NCBI RefSeq assembly: GCF_025526975.1
Contig: NW_026515669.1
Location: forward strand, 682,001 to 746,000
Reading direction: 5' to 3'
DNA length: 64,000 nt
DNA from: Fimicolochytrium jonesii
Taxonomy: Eukaryota
Position numbers and translations under genes: made by a program. Positions 54,155 through 64,000 of the stretch are shown one piece after another; position 1 is the first letter of the stretch; every line of letters starts with the position of its first letter. A model generated the notes under the pieces. The model had not been told where the DNA came from and did not search any database. It saw nothing but the letters and a program-made list of their open reading frames with translations.

Positions 54155-54526
54155 ATGCCGGAAGCCACTTGTCGCAAAGTCAAGTCGGAATCCGCAGACA
54201 GCAAGTCGCCTGAACGAAAACGTGCCAAGTCTGCATCTTCATTTGAAGCCGAGCTCACAGCTCACTGGAAGGGCAACGACACCGCATGGGCTCAGAAATT
54301 CATCGATGGCCTCAACCCAGTCGACACCGGCAAGCCTGAGCCTGCGAAGTGGACGGACACGGAAGCGGGGGCCCTCATCGCTTTAATGCTCCTCCATTCG
54401 GACAAAACGATGAAGGAGGTGGCTGGCCTATTCGTAGGCCTTGGAATCATGGTGACGAGGAAGACAGAAGCTCAGATTGTGACCAAGCAACGCAACTGGG
54501 GACACAAACAGAAAAAGAACACATGA
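54155..54526 (+). CDS. Small intronless Myb/SANT-like protein (123 aa)
   Basis: CACC-ATG start; KWTDTEAGALIALM..KTMKEVAGLF..RKTEAQIVTKQRNW fits the WT..E...L / RT..Q...K..N pattern. Confidence 0.55.
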   Translation: MPEATCRKVKSESADSKSPERKRAKSASSFEAELTAHWKGNDTAWAQKFIDGLNPVDTGKPEPAKWTDTEAGALIALMLLHSDKTMKEVAGLFVGLGIMVTRKTEAQIVTKQRNWGHKQKKNT

Positions 54527-54864
54527 AGCAAACGACATCCCATCCTCACGCAGCGACACGAACTGAAATGAACAAACCTCAACACAACGAAAAGTTCACA
54601 AAAACAAGACTATGAGCATCGAAGCATCACGGGTCGTTCGTAGAGCACAAAGCTAGTCTTCCAAAAGGGCAATCGTAAACCTGCCGCCAAATTGCACTTG
54701 ATGTATATATGTAGCTTCAGGCCGCATTGGTAGCGGTTGAAATATCCAAGATGTACATTCCCTTGATGTTGTCGCAAGTTCGTAGTCCATAAAGTATCCT
54801 GGGTTGGTTGTATTTTGTCACATAACATATGTGTATCTGAATGATGAAACGTTTAGAGATGCTC

Positions 54865-55262
54865 TGTCGGGGATATCTCATACGTACAATGCTGTTCATA
54901 AAGCAAGACCGCTGTCAATTTGATTCACCGGCCCCCTGGACGCGCCTCTCCATATAGATCTACGCCTAGTATCTAGTGAATCCTCCTCTAGCTGCTATGA
55001 CTGCCGCTATACGCCGGGGCATGCTCGACACAAGTTTTTCTAGTACATCTGGCTCGATATCCTGAAATGTCTGCTGTGCAATGGCCTCTAGCTGCTCTCG
55101 AGATCTCGCTCGGGCTGTATTCATCTTGTATTTGTTATTATATCATTCTACTTCTACGCGATCCGGTACTCGGGCAGCCGGGCTGGCCACCTGAGGTGCA
55201 TAAAGATGGTGACCATCTTGGGAGGTTATCGTTTCTTCGAGTCTCTATGTAATTCAGCTACA
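54865..55262 (+). mobile_element. Degenerate solo LTR related to the Gypsy element at 5661-11743
   Basis: Begins TGTCGGGGATATCTCAT (17/17 identical to the start of the 5' LTR) and contains TATTATATC..TACTTCTAC..GATCCG..CCGGGCTGGCCACC, shared with that LTR. The right end is uncertain. Confidence 0.65.
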
Positions 55263-55369
55263 GATCAGCAAAAGCTGGTGGAACGAGTTGTCGTGTTGCG
55301 AGGCAGTTGCTGCACTTTCCCAAATTCCGCTGTTGATGAAAAGCCTGACGCGGAACGAGGTGGACGCGC

Positions 55370-55479
55370 GATTGGCCAATTTATGGCCCCAAATCACACA
55401 ATCCCCGCCCGCTCATCGAGAGCATAGCACAGAGATCACGTGAGCAGTCGCGGTGTGTTCCCCTCGCCCCAAAATGTGG
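55370..55479 (+). promoter_or_regulatory. Candidate promoter motifs of SAM synthetase: ATTGG/CCAAT, TCACGTGA, AAAATGTGG
   Basis: Motifs at 55370-55380, 55436-55443 and 55471-55479, 155-265 bp upstream of the ATG. Confidence 0.4.
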
Positions 55480-55634
55480 TGGTGCCCACTGTTACTGCAC
55501 GGGTTGCCGCAGCCCGGACGGATTCGGATGGGGGGTTCAAAGCTGATAAAAGGGGTCTGGCTGCTCAAGTCCCCCCCAACAACCCAAGCTTGATCTTCAC
55601 AACTTCTTCCGTTGACCGACTTCACATAGCAACA

Positions 55635-56959
55635 ATGGCAGACGAAACCTTCCTCTTCACCTCCGAGTCTGTTGGCGAGGGTCACCCCGACAAGATCTGC
55701 GACCAAGGTAAGCAAGCTCCGTGTCCCCTCCTGTCTTTCGTCTTACATGCAAGATCACGGTCCACGATGAGCTGAGCATTTCATTCTTGATCATCCTCAT
55801 CAGTGTCCGACGCCATCCTCGATGCCTGCCTGGCTCAGGACCCCTTCTCCCGTGTTGCTTGCGAGACGGCCACCAAGACCGGTATGATCATGGTCCTCGG
55901 TGAGATCACCACCAAGGCCACCCTCGACTACCAGAAGATCATCCGTGAGACCGTGAAGAGGATCGGGTTCGACGACTCCAGCAAGGGTTTCGACTACAAG
56001 ACTTGCAACGTCCTTGTCGCCATTGAGCAGCAGTCCCCCGAAATTGCCGGCGGTCTCGTCCAGCAGGGTGACGCCCTTGAGCACATCGGTGCTGGTGACC
56101 AGGGTATCATGTTCGGTTACGCTACCGACGAGACCCCCGAGTACATGCCCCTCACCATCATGCTCGCCCACAAGCTCAACTCCAAGATGGCTGAGTACCG
56201 TCGTTCCGGCGAGATGGGTTGGTTGCGCCCCGACTCCAAGACTCAAGTCACCGTCGAGTACAAGATGATCGACGGTGTCCCAGTGCCCCAGAAGGTCCAC
56301 ACCGTTGTCATCTCCACCCAGCACGCTCCCGAGGTCACCAACGAGCAGATCAAGGAAGAGCTGATGGAGAAAATTGTTAAGGTAGGTTGCCGACTCTGAT
56401 TCTGGAAAGTATTTAGCCGAGGATCAAACTCACCAAAATCACTACCTTCTCTCAGGCTGTTATTCCTGCCAAGTACCTCGACGACCGCACCGTCTACCAC
56501 TTGCAGCCCTCTGGCCGTTTCGTCATCGGTGGACCACAAGGTGACGCTGGTGTCACCGGTCGTAAGATCATTGTCGACACCTACGGAGGTTGGGGTGCCC
56601 ACGGAGGAGGTGCTTTCTCCGGAAAGGATTGGTCCAAGGTCGACCGTTCTGCTGCATACACCGCCCGTTGGGTCGCAAAGTCCCTTGTCGCCGCTGGCCT
56701 CGCCCGCCGTGCCCTCGTCCAGCTTTCGTACGCCATCGGTGTCGCAGAACCCACCTCCATCTTCGTTGACACTTTCGGTACTGGAAAGAAGACCAACAGC
56801 GAGCTGTTGCAGATCATCAAGAACAACTTCGACCTTCGACCTGGAGTCATCGTCAAGGAGCTCGACCTTTTCAAGCCCATCTACGAGGAGTCTGCGCGTT
56901 ACGGACACTTCGGTCGTGAACAATTCACATGGGAGCAGCCCAAGCAACTCAAGTTCTAA
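55635..56959 (+). CDS. SAM2: S-adenosylmethionine synthetase (3 exons)
   Basis: [60 protein letters not shown]; strongly biased codon usage. Confidence 0.98.
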
Positions 56960-58166
56960 GGATAATTAGAGCATCTCATTACCCCGCTATCGCTTCTGTA
57001 GAAGGGACGGGTTATCATATACATCGGAGACCGGTCTGGGGCCTGGTTCTTCGTCAATGTGTTTATGTACAGAGTGACTTGACGTTTTCAACGTCGCCCC
57101 ATAGTCACTTTTTAAGATATTTAGGAAGAGGATTAAGATAATTTTAGACTTCATGCGTCACGCATCATCTTCAATGTCCCGATCGTTTCGCTGGCGTAAC
57201 CTATGCATCTTCCCACACAATTTGAAAGATTCGACGCAAACGAGAGGTCGTGTTGACGGTCCGTCGTTTTCGGATTCCTGAGGCACTTCGCAGAAGACAC
57301 CGCTTCCCACGATAAGACATTTGCCCTGCCTTTGCATAAGGCGCTCGTAAGGACTCGGACGCTATCGCGGGTCGTATGATGAAGTTGCTGGGTTGTATGA
57401 TGAAGTTGCTGCTGCTTGCATCAACGTATGAGAGAAACCGAGATGAGCGCTTATTATCCTTGCTCCCTTCCAACGTGTTTTGTGGAAGTGGCACACCAAT
57501 GTCAAATTCTCAATTGAATTCTCTTCAAACGGCGCCACAATTGGTATCGACAGGCGGCGCCGGCGTTACATTTGGTATCGACAGTACCGGAGATCTGGCT
57601 AGCCAATCATTTGCGCATTGAGTCTCCGGGTGGCTTTTGGGCAGGTTAAACTTTCGATGACGTTATTTCCTCGGATCTTAAAGTTAGCCTTTAGGGGGCA
57701 TCAATTTGCGCCGATCATCAGTTGGCAGCCGGTTACGTGCTGGATGGATAATAGATTGCGAACATTGGGACGGGCGGCGGGCTTTGGCTGCTGTGGAACT
57801 GGTCATACCGAATCCGTGGGATGTGACTGCGCGGGCGCGAGCCTCATCAGCGTTCTTTCCCATCGTCCGTGGGAAAAAGTGGTTGCACGTCCTTTTTCCT
57901 CCTCTCGCTGAACAGGGAAGGAAGGCATATAGTAACCTGGCGGAAACATATCGCACGGAATAATCTTGCAGGAGAGTTGACAAGTCTTGGTGAGGTTGTG
58001 AGAGTATTTGAAGAGTGAGCGAGCTCATCTCCGCTACGACGGGTGTACGACGGGAAAGCCACCGCTCCGCACTCCGCCCCGGACCACCCATTTTCCCACG
58101 CTTGGGATTCTCCAGATATACCACGAGCACTCGGCCGAAGACCTTTCCGACAGACGACCAGCAGCC

Positions 58167-61100
58167 ATGGATGACCAAACCCTCACTATCAACTGGTCTC
58201 CGGCGCTCATTGTCGTTAGTTACATTGTCTCCACCGCCGGAGCATGGGTTGCCTTCGAGCTTATCAGGCTTAGGACGAGCGAGAAGGGATGGCTCAATTG
58301 GGCTCTCCTGCTTTTAGCATCCCTGGTCACAGGCGGTCTTGCTGTCTTTACAATGCATTTCGTTGGGATGACGGCGTTTGATCTTCACGGAGCGACCGCC
58401 GTCCCTATTTTCTTTTCCACTGGGGTACGTTTTCGATATGGTTGAGAGCGTGGGAAAATTTATGTACTGATGATTTACTCTCTTTATAGCTGACTCTTGG
58501 GTCGCTCTTCGAGCCGATCTTCTGCGTCTGCGTCGGAGTGTATGTTACCGGCACGCAGGAAAACCCCTCACCACTGCGTTTCGCCGCGGGCGGCGCCTTC
58601 GCTGCCCTCGGAATCACTCTGATGCACTTCACGGCCATGATAGCTATGAAAGTGAGGTTGGACTGGATACCATGGCTCGTCGCGCTTGCAACAGCCATTG
58701 CCTGGTTTGCCTCCACCACCGCATTCGTGCTTTTCTTCCGATTGCGCGCTCTATGGCAAAACAGCATCTGGAAGCAGCTGGGCTGCGCTTTGATCTTTGC
58801 TTTGGCGGTGTCGGCGATGCATTACACGTGCGTATGGGTGTTCCAGTCCCTCTCCTATAGATGCAATCACTGACGTTACTTCATTGTAGGGGTATGGCCG
58901 CAGCACGCTACGGCATTGACCCAAACTACCCGCCAGGTAGCCCCGCTCTCAGTGACGGAACCGTATCTGTGAACGATGTCGTCAACATTGGGCTCGCGTT
59001 CTGCGCATTGTGTGGAGTCCTCCTGGTTGGGCTTCTCGGCATGCGCTTCCGGACTCATTACTATGGCCTCGGTCGTATACATAAAGGACAGCTTACGTTA
59101 GCAGTGGTTCTCGTCAACTCGCGCGGCCAAATCTTGGTCGACACCGCCGGACATCTGCCTTCCCGTCTGGTCACGGGCGAATTCGATTTTGACAAGTGGA
59201 GCTCTCCCATTGCTCACCCCGCTCTGCTTTGGCTTCTCAAGATCTCCACCTGCTGGGACAAGTTCTCGCAGTTGAGTGCTGCTATCAAGAAGCATGGGAG
59301 CAGGGTGGCGACGCTGCTGGATGATGTGTTGAACACGCCTCCGTCGGTTCCGCGGCCGAAGAAAAGCAGCCAAGATGCACGCTTACCTTTCTTGAGGCTG
59401 TCCCTAGTGCAGGCGGTACGTAACTAACTCTATTGTTTCTCAGGATATATGAAAATCGGGTCCTCATTTCCTTTCACAGGTCACTGCGTTGTCTATTTCT
59501 ATGAGCAGCTCCTTCGATCGCATGGGACTTCTGTATGATACAGTTTTGGAAGCAAGACACGGCAAGGTTGCGCTGTTGGTCGATCGCCTGGACAACCAGC
59601 GCAGTGAATACTTTGCGGCGAAGGGTTTCCGATGGGTACCTCGTGTGCATTGCGCTTTCCGTATCAGGGATATCACTCACACCTTTGTAACTTTATGCAG
59701 ACCGATCCCAAGCGCGTGGGAGGACATCTTGCTGAACACCTTGGGGTGGCATCAACAGCTATCCGTAACATCGTCACCGATATCCCCAACTTTGTTCGCA
59801 CCCGTCGACGACCTATACGATCAGGATTCCACGTCGCCCTACTCTCGATCATCCCGAAGATTGGCCATTTCCAGATTCTGGTTCCCACAAAGGACCGGTC
59901 GACCATCCCTTTGATGGAACTTTCGGAAGGGGCGTTCGATGCCTTTCGCAAGAACGCGCGTCGACTGAAGAGCTATTTACGGCCACTTCTGAGAGATATG
60001 GATCGCAACACCGTACAGGTCAACGATTACATTCTTGCATCTGAGATTATGGCCGCGATGACCCGCATTGGTGTCGGCATCGACTCAAGCGCACAAATTC
60101 CCTTGCGGTCTTTGAAAGTACCGACTGACGTCCTTACGCTGCGTCCGAAGCCCACTGGGGATGTCTTGGACTTTCTCAGAGAGCCGGGAACCCCATCGTC
60201 GGTGGCATACCGAGTTCAACATGATACCTGGGCCTCCTCTCCGTTCTTCGACAAAGCTAGTATGGGTTCGGACATCAACCTCCTACTTCTGACACAGATC
60301 CACACGGACGTCAGTAAGAAGTATAACCCTCCTTCCGGTTTCACCTACATCGACCTGTCCGTCTTCGAAGCGATGCACTACTCGAGGTGCTTTCCTGAGC
60401 GCTTCCACCACGCTATAGCGCTGGAGCTCGACGCTGAGTGGCAGAACAAGATTGCTCCTAGTTTAAAGAATTGGGAAAACGATGAAGTTAAGGCCGGGCA
60501 TGAAGCAGATGCCGATGAAGCTCATCGTCAATCACTGGCTTCTGCGCGACACTCCATAGTCGACATGTACGCTGCCGCCGGGGCCGATAGGCAACGCAAT
60601 CCGAGCCAAGAGCAGATCCCGGGCGAGGATAGTCACGCCGTCATCGATGTGGACCAGATACTCGCTGAAGGACCGCCCGGTGATGATGTTATGCCCGAAG
60701 AGATGGATAACTGGGTGCCGCCGTCGCCTCCTCGTGGTCAAGCGGGAAAGACGAAAGACCAGGGGATTATGGGCAAGCTCAAAGGGTTGTACAACAACGA
60801 GGGCCAACCGGCGGACCTCACCCAATCCACGTCGAATTTCTCGAACGAATCGTCCTCATCTTTCGAGCCACAGGCGACGCCGGTGTTCAGAGGCCACACG
60901 GGCAATACAACCGCGATCAATTCCGACAACAGTTTTAACGAACGAATCGAGATGGAGCGATACCTCAAAGGCTCCGGTGACCCCGCCGGCAACGATGCAA
61001 AACAGGTCTCGCGCCGGGCATGGCAGGCTCTCCGCTGGATCAAGTTGTACTTGAATAATGATACTATGCGGAACCACAGTTCTACGGCCCTCACCTCCGC

Positions 61101-61416
61101 CAACCCCACTGGCTCCGCCACCACCGCTGGCACCGCTCCAGGCGCTCCATATTGGAATGCGCAGTCACTGACTCCGCCCCCATCGCGACCACACCGGAAC
61201 GTCCCATCGCCGTTGTCCATCAATACCCAAGCAGTACCAAACCCAGGGGACGCATATTCTCCCTCCACGTCGGCAGTCGATTTGCACAAAGCTTTGGAGG
61301 ATCACAACATCGAGGTACAGAACAAGTTAGTAGAGGAGGAGGACGCCATACCTTCGCCAACGTCCACGACTGCGAGCATATTGCCAGGGTCTTTGACGCG
61401 CAATCACCGTGCTTGA
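58167..61416 (+). CDS. MHYT-domain membrane sensor with large cytoplasmic C-terminal region (multi-exon)
   Basis: LIVVSYIVSTAGAW, FTMHFVGM, LMHFTAM, AMHYT/GMAA: three MHYT-type repeats within transmembrane helices. Confidence 0.85.
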
Positions 61417-61845
61417 GACCATACCCCGGCTTTCACCATGCATAGTGGTCGTGCATCGTGAAAACTACTCGTCTACGGCGTACATTCGGACTCTGAGCAG
61501 TTGGAGCAATTTCGAAAGTATCTTGTACTTATCGCAATTTGGCGTCCCAGGCCATCGCAGTCGGACATTCTCATTTCCTTCAGACTTTCTTGTACATATA
61601 TGCTCGTCGACGTACCCGTTTGTCCACCTCTACCGTCAGTATCTAAATGTGAGGAGACATTTGTATTTTAGTCCAGTCCAGTACAATCTATGTACGTGTT
61701 TAATGTGTACTACTCGAATCGTGTCAGTAAGAACAAGTTATATACGCCGATGCAGAAGGGATGCTTGGTGTTTGATGCTACGTTGCAAGTTTGGTGACTT
61801 GCGTCACCATACCATGGTGCTAGTCTAGTAGGAGTCCGGTTCTCA

Positions 61846-63501
61846 TCACATTCGGTCTGCGTAGTGGCGCTTCATAACCTAGAGGGAACGGGGGTGAGTA
61901 ACGGCTGAATACGCGATACTATCCCCAACAAAATCTGCCCTACCTCCTCGGTGAATTGGTGGAAAGTCTGGTCAGCCGTCAGCTTGTGGTCGACGTTGGG
62001 CTATACACAGCGAGAATCGCCTTGCGTTATTATCGAGTTTCCTCAGAGTGAAATGGTGGACCCATAATCTCACCTGCATGAACACAGCGAACGTATTCCT
62101 GGCAATCACCATCCCCGATCCGGCCGGGATAGGAGCACCTTTCACAAGATGCGGCGTGGCAACCAACAAGCCCCGACTAGCAATCTGCGCCGCCTCACCA
62201 ATCTGGAACGCAACCGCGTCCTTGGGGATCTTGACCTTAACGAACTTGCCCCCACGGGTCTTGATGTACAACCCGGACTGAGCGAGGTTCCTGCCCATCT
62301 GCGCGTTCTGCGCCGCAATGTTCGCGGCGTCGATCTCGGTGTATGTTCCTGCCTCGCTTTCGTCAACGTACATGGCGCTCGTGAGACCCGTCAGCATCGA
62401 GTGGTCGACGTGCAGACCACACCAGGAGTCTTCGGGTTGGGTAGAGTCCGCGGTCGTGGTGGCGGTTTCGGGCTTAGCGGGCTCTTCGATGGGGAAGTAG
62501 TGGAGGAGACGGGCTTTGACAGTGGTGGATTCTGCGATGGCACTTTCGAGGAAGTTCGCCGGGAGGTCGGGATGCTCTTTGGAGAGGTATTTGTCGCAGT
62601 GGCGGGCGACTAGCTGCCCAGTTTTGACGATCAGGCCTCCCAACTGGTGCGAAGTAGATTGAGATTAGAGGACTGAGATCAGGATGCGGTGCAGTCCTTG
62701 TGGGTATACCAGGCAAACTTACATCCATGAAAGCGTCCTTGAGTTCAGGCAGCTCTTCCGCCCAGACATTAGAACATCTGGTTCGGGTTCAGGAGCTTAG
62801 CAAGTTTGCTTCTTACTGCACATCCCCTTCACTGACACTCATGTCATTCATCAAGGCTCACCCATAGGCGGGAAACTTCTTCTTGTACTCCTCGTCAGCG
62901 TTTGGCACAACATCGTAGACGGGGTCTGAGAGGATGTACATCAGCGATAATGAGGTTTGACTTTTTTTGAAATCTGCAAATTAGACACTAACTGTTGTAG
63001 AGAGAACCCTTGGCGAAGTCTGCCTTGCCGTTCATGATCTCCTTCCCGTGTGACCTGCACATACCGGATAAGACGCCTCATTGAATATCCGAGAGTTTCT
63101 CCCGACTGGCGGCCTCACTCTACTCACCAACCAAACAGGTACGACGACTCTTCGTGCTCGGCCTTCTTCAACGCCTCCTGGGGCAGGTTGGCCAGTGCTG
63201 ACGCCAACTTCAGGAGCTTCTCACGCTTTCCGACATAGCCCTGAAAGTGTTGAAAGGGTATATGAGAAGAACCATCTCTACATCGGCACTAAGCTCGCCT
63301 ACTCCCATATCCGCCTCCTCGCCCCTTTTTCCCTACCGGAACATTAGTGACCACGCACGCACCGAGGCCTTCGGCTCCAAAAGCACTCTGCAGCTGAGTG
63401 GTCAAGTCGACCGAGTCTGAGACCAGGTCATTGTAGTCCAGCACGACCAGACTGTCGTGGACGGCCGGTGGCGGGAGGATAGTCTCTTGAGGGCCCAACA
63501 T
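61846..63501 (-). CDS. 2-oxoglutarate/Fe(II)-dependent oxygenase (IPNS/clavaminate synthase-like, multi-exon)
   Basis: AFGAEGLGACVVTNVP, GWSHGKE..DFAKGSLY, ARLLHYFP, WCGLHVDHSMLT (HxD), ATPHLV (H), RNTFAVFMQP. Confidence 0.88.
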
Positions 63502-64000
63502 AACTGGTAAAAGAAATACAACGTGATTTTCAAGTAACTCAAAAACGGTATCTGAGGTCCCCTTGGAAAATAATGCTCCAAAGCAGGACAGGGAATTCAA
63601 CCACTACGAAGGAATATATATGGCCAACATGGAGCGTCGGCACCTTGGCCCTTTCCTTTTCACTGTCGTGGAAGTGACCTCCGAGGCCATTCCCTTATTA
63701 CGGGACACCAACAAAAACGCGTTTTTGAGCTCGTGACACTCTCCGACCGTCATTGACGGCCTGACAGTTTGCGAGCGCATAAACGCCGCACAATTCCAGG
63801 GATGTGCATACCGTATGCAGTGACGTTTGGTTCGTTTATTACGGCCGCCTTTGTTTCTACGGGCTATATCTCGTCTACATCTCGTCCTCAGAAACAGAAA
63901 GATCCTCTTCTGGGAAATCTCCGACTACTACACAGTCAGGCCAGACCAATACGCCATGCTTGTTAGGGCATGAGAAATATTTCACAACTTGTAGTACAGT

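Noticed and set aside
55800..56947. Long antisense ORFs over SAM synthetase (similar ones over the PPR, TTC39 and CHD genes)
   Set aside because: Expected by-product of biased codon usage on the sense strand.
55635..63501. SAM synthetase + MHYT + 2OG oxygenase as a metabolic or ethylene-type gene cluster
   Set aside because: Adjacency only; no backbone enzyme or shared regulation is visible, and each gene has ordinary stand-alone homologues.
63995..64000. TACAGT at the window end as the start of another Tc1 TIR
   Set aside because: Six bases only; cannot be assessed.

Overview
Intron-rich eukaryotic DNA from a fungus, most plausibly an early-diverging lineage such as a chytrid (inferred from short GT-AG introns and gene content, not proven). 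Positions ~0.9-12.5 kb are a transposon nest. It holds a decayed Tc1/mariner element (917-2312) and, 60 bp away, a Mutator-like element (MULE, 2373-12486, 50-bp TIRs). The MULE is interrupted by a full-length chromodomain Ty3/Gypsy retrotransposon (5661-11743) and a solo LTR (4109-4638). Removing those insertions leaves a ~3.5-kb MULE with its transposase on the minus strand and, convergent to it, an intronless histone H3-like gene with a remodelled, extended N-terminal tail plus a small overlapping ORF. This histone-carrying transposon is the most striking feature. The rest is mostly housekeeping genes: a BRCT protein, RVB2, TTC39/IML2, G6PD, SRPK, a Mit1/CHD-type remodeller, a PPR protein, an NDT80-family factor, CCDC137-like, mS45, SAM synthetase, an MHYT sensor and a 2OG-Fe(II) oxygenase. 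Scattered relics include an RNase H1-like gene, an orphan MULE TIR and a Tc1 MITE. A small accessory island at 51.4-55.3 kb holds a broken ZIP transporter, a RING pseudogene, a Myb/SANT-like ORF and a solo LTR. Boundaries of spliced genes were read by eye and are approximate.
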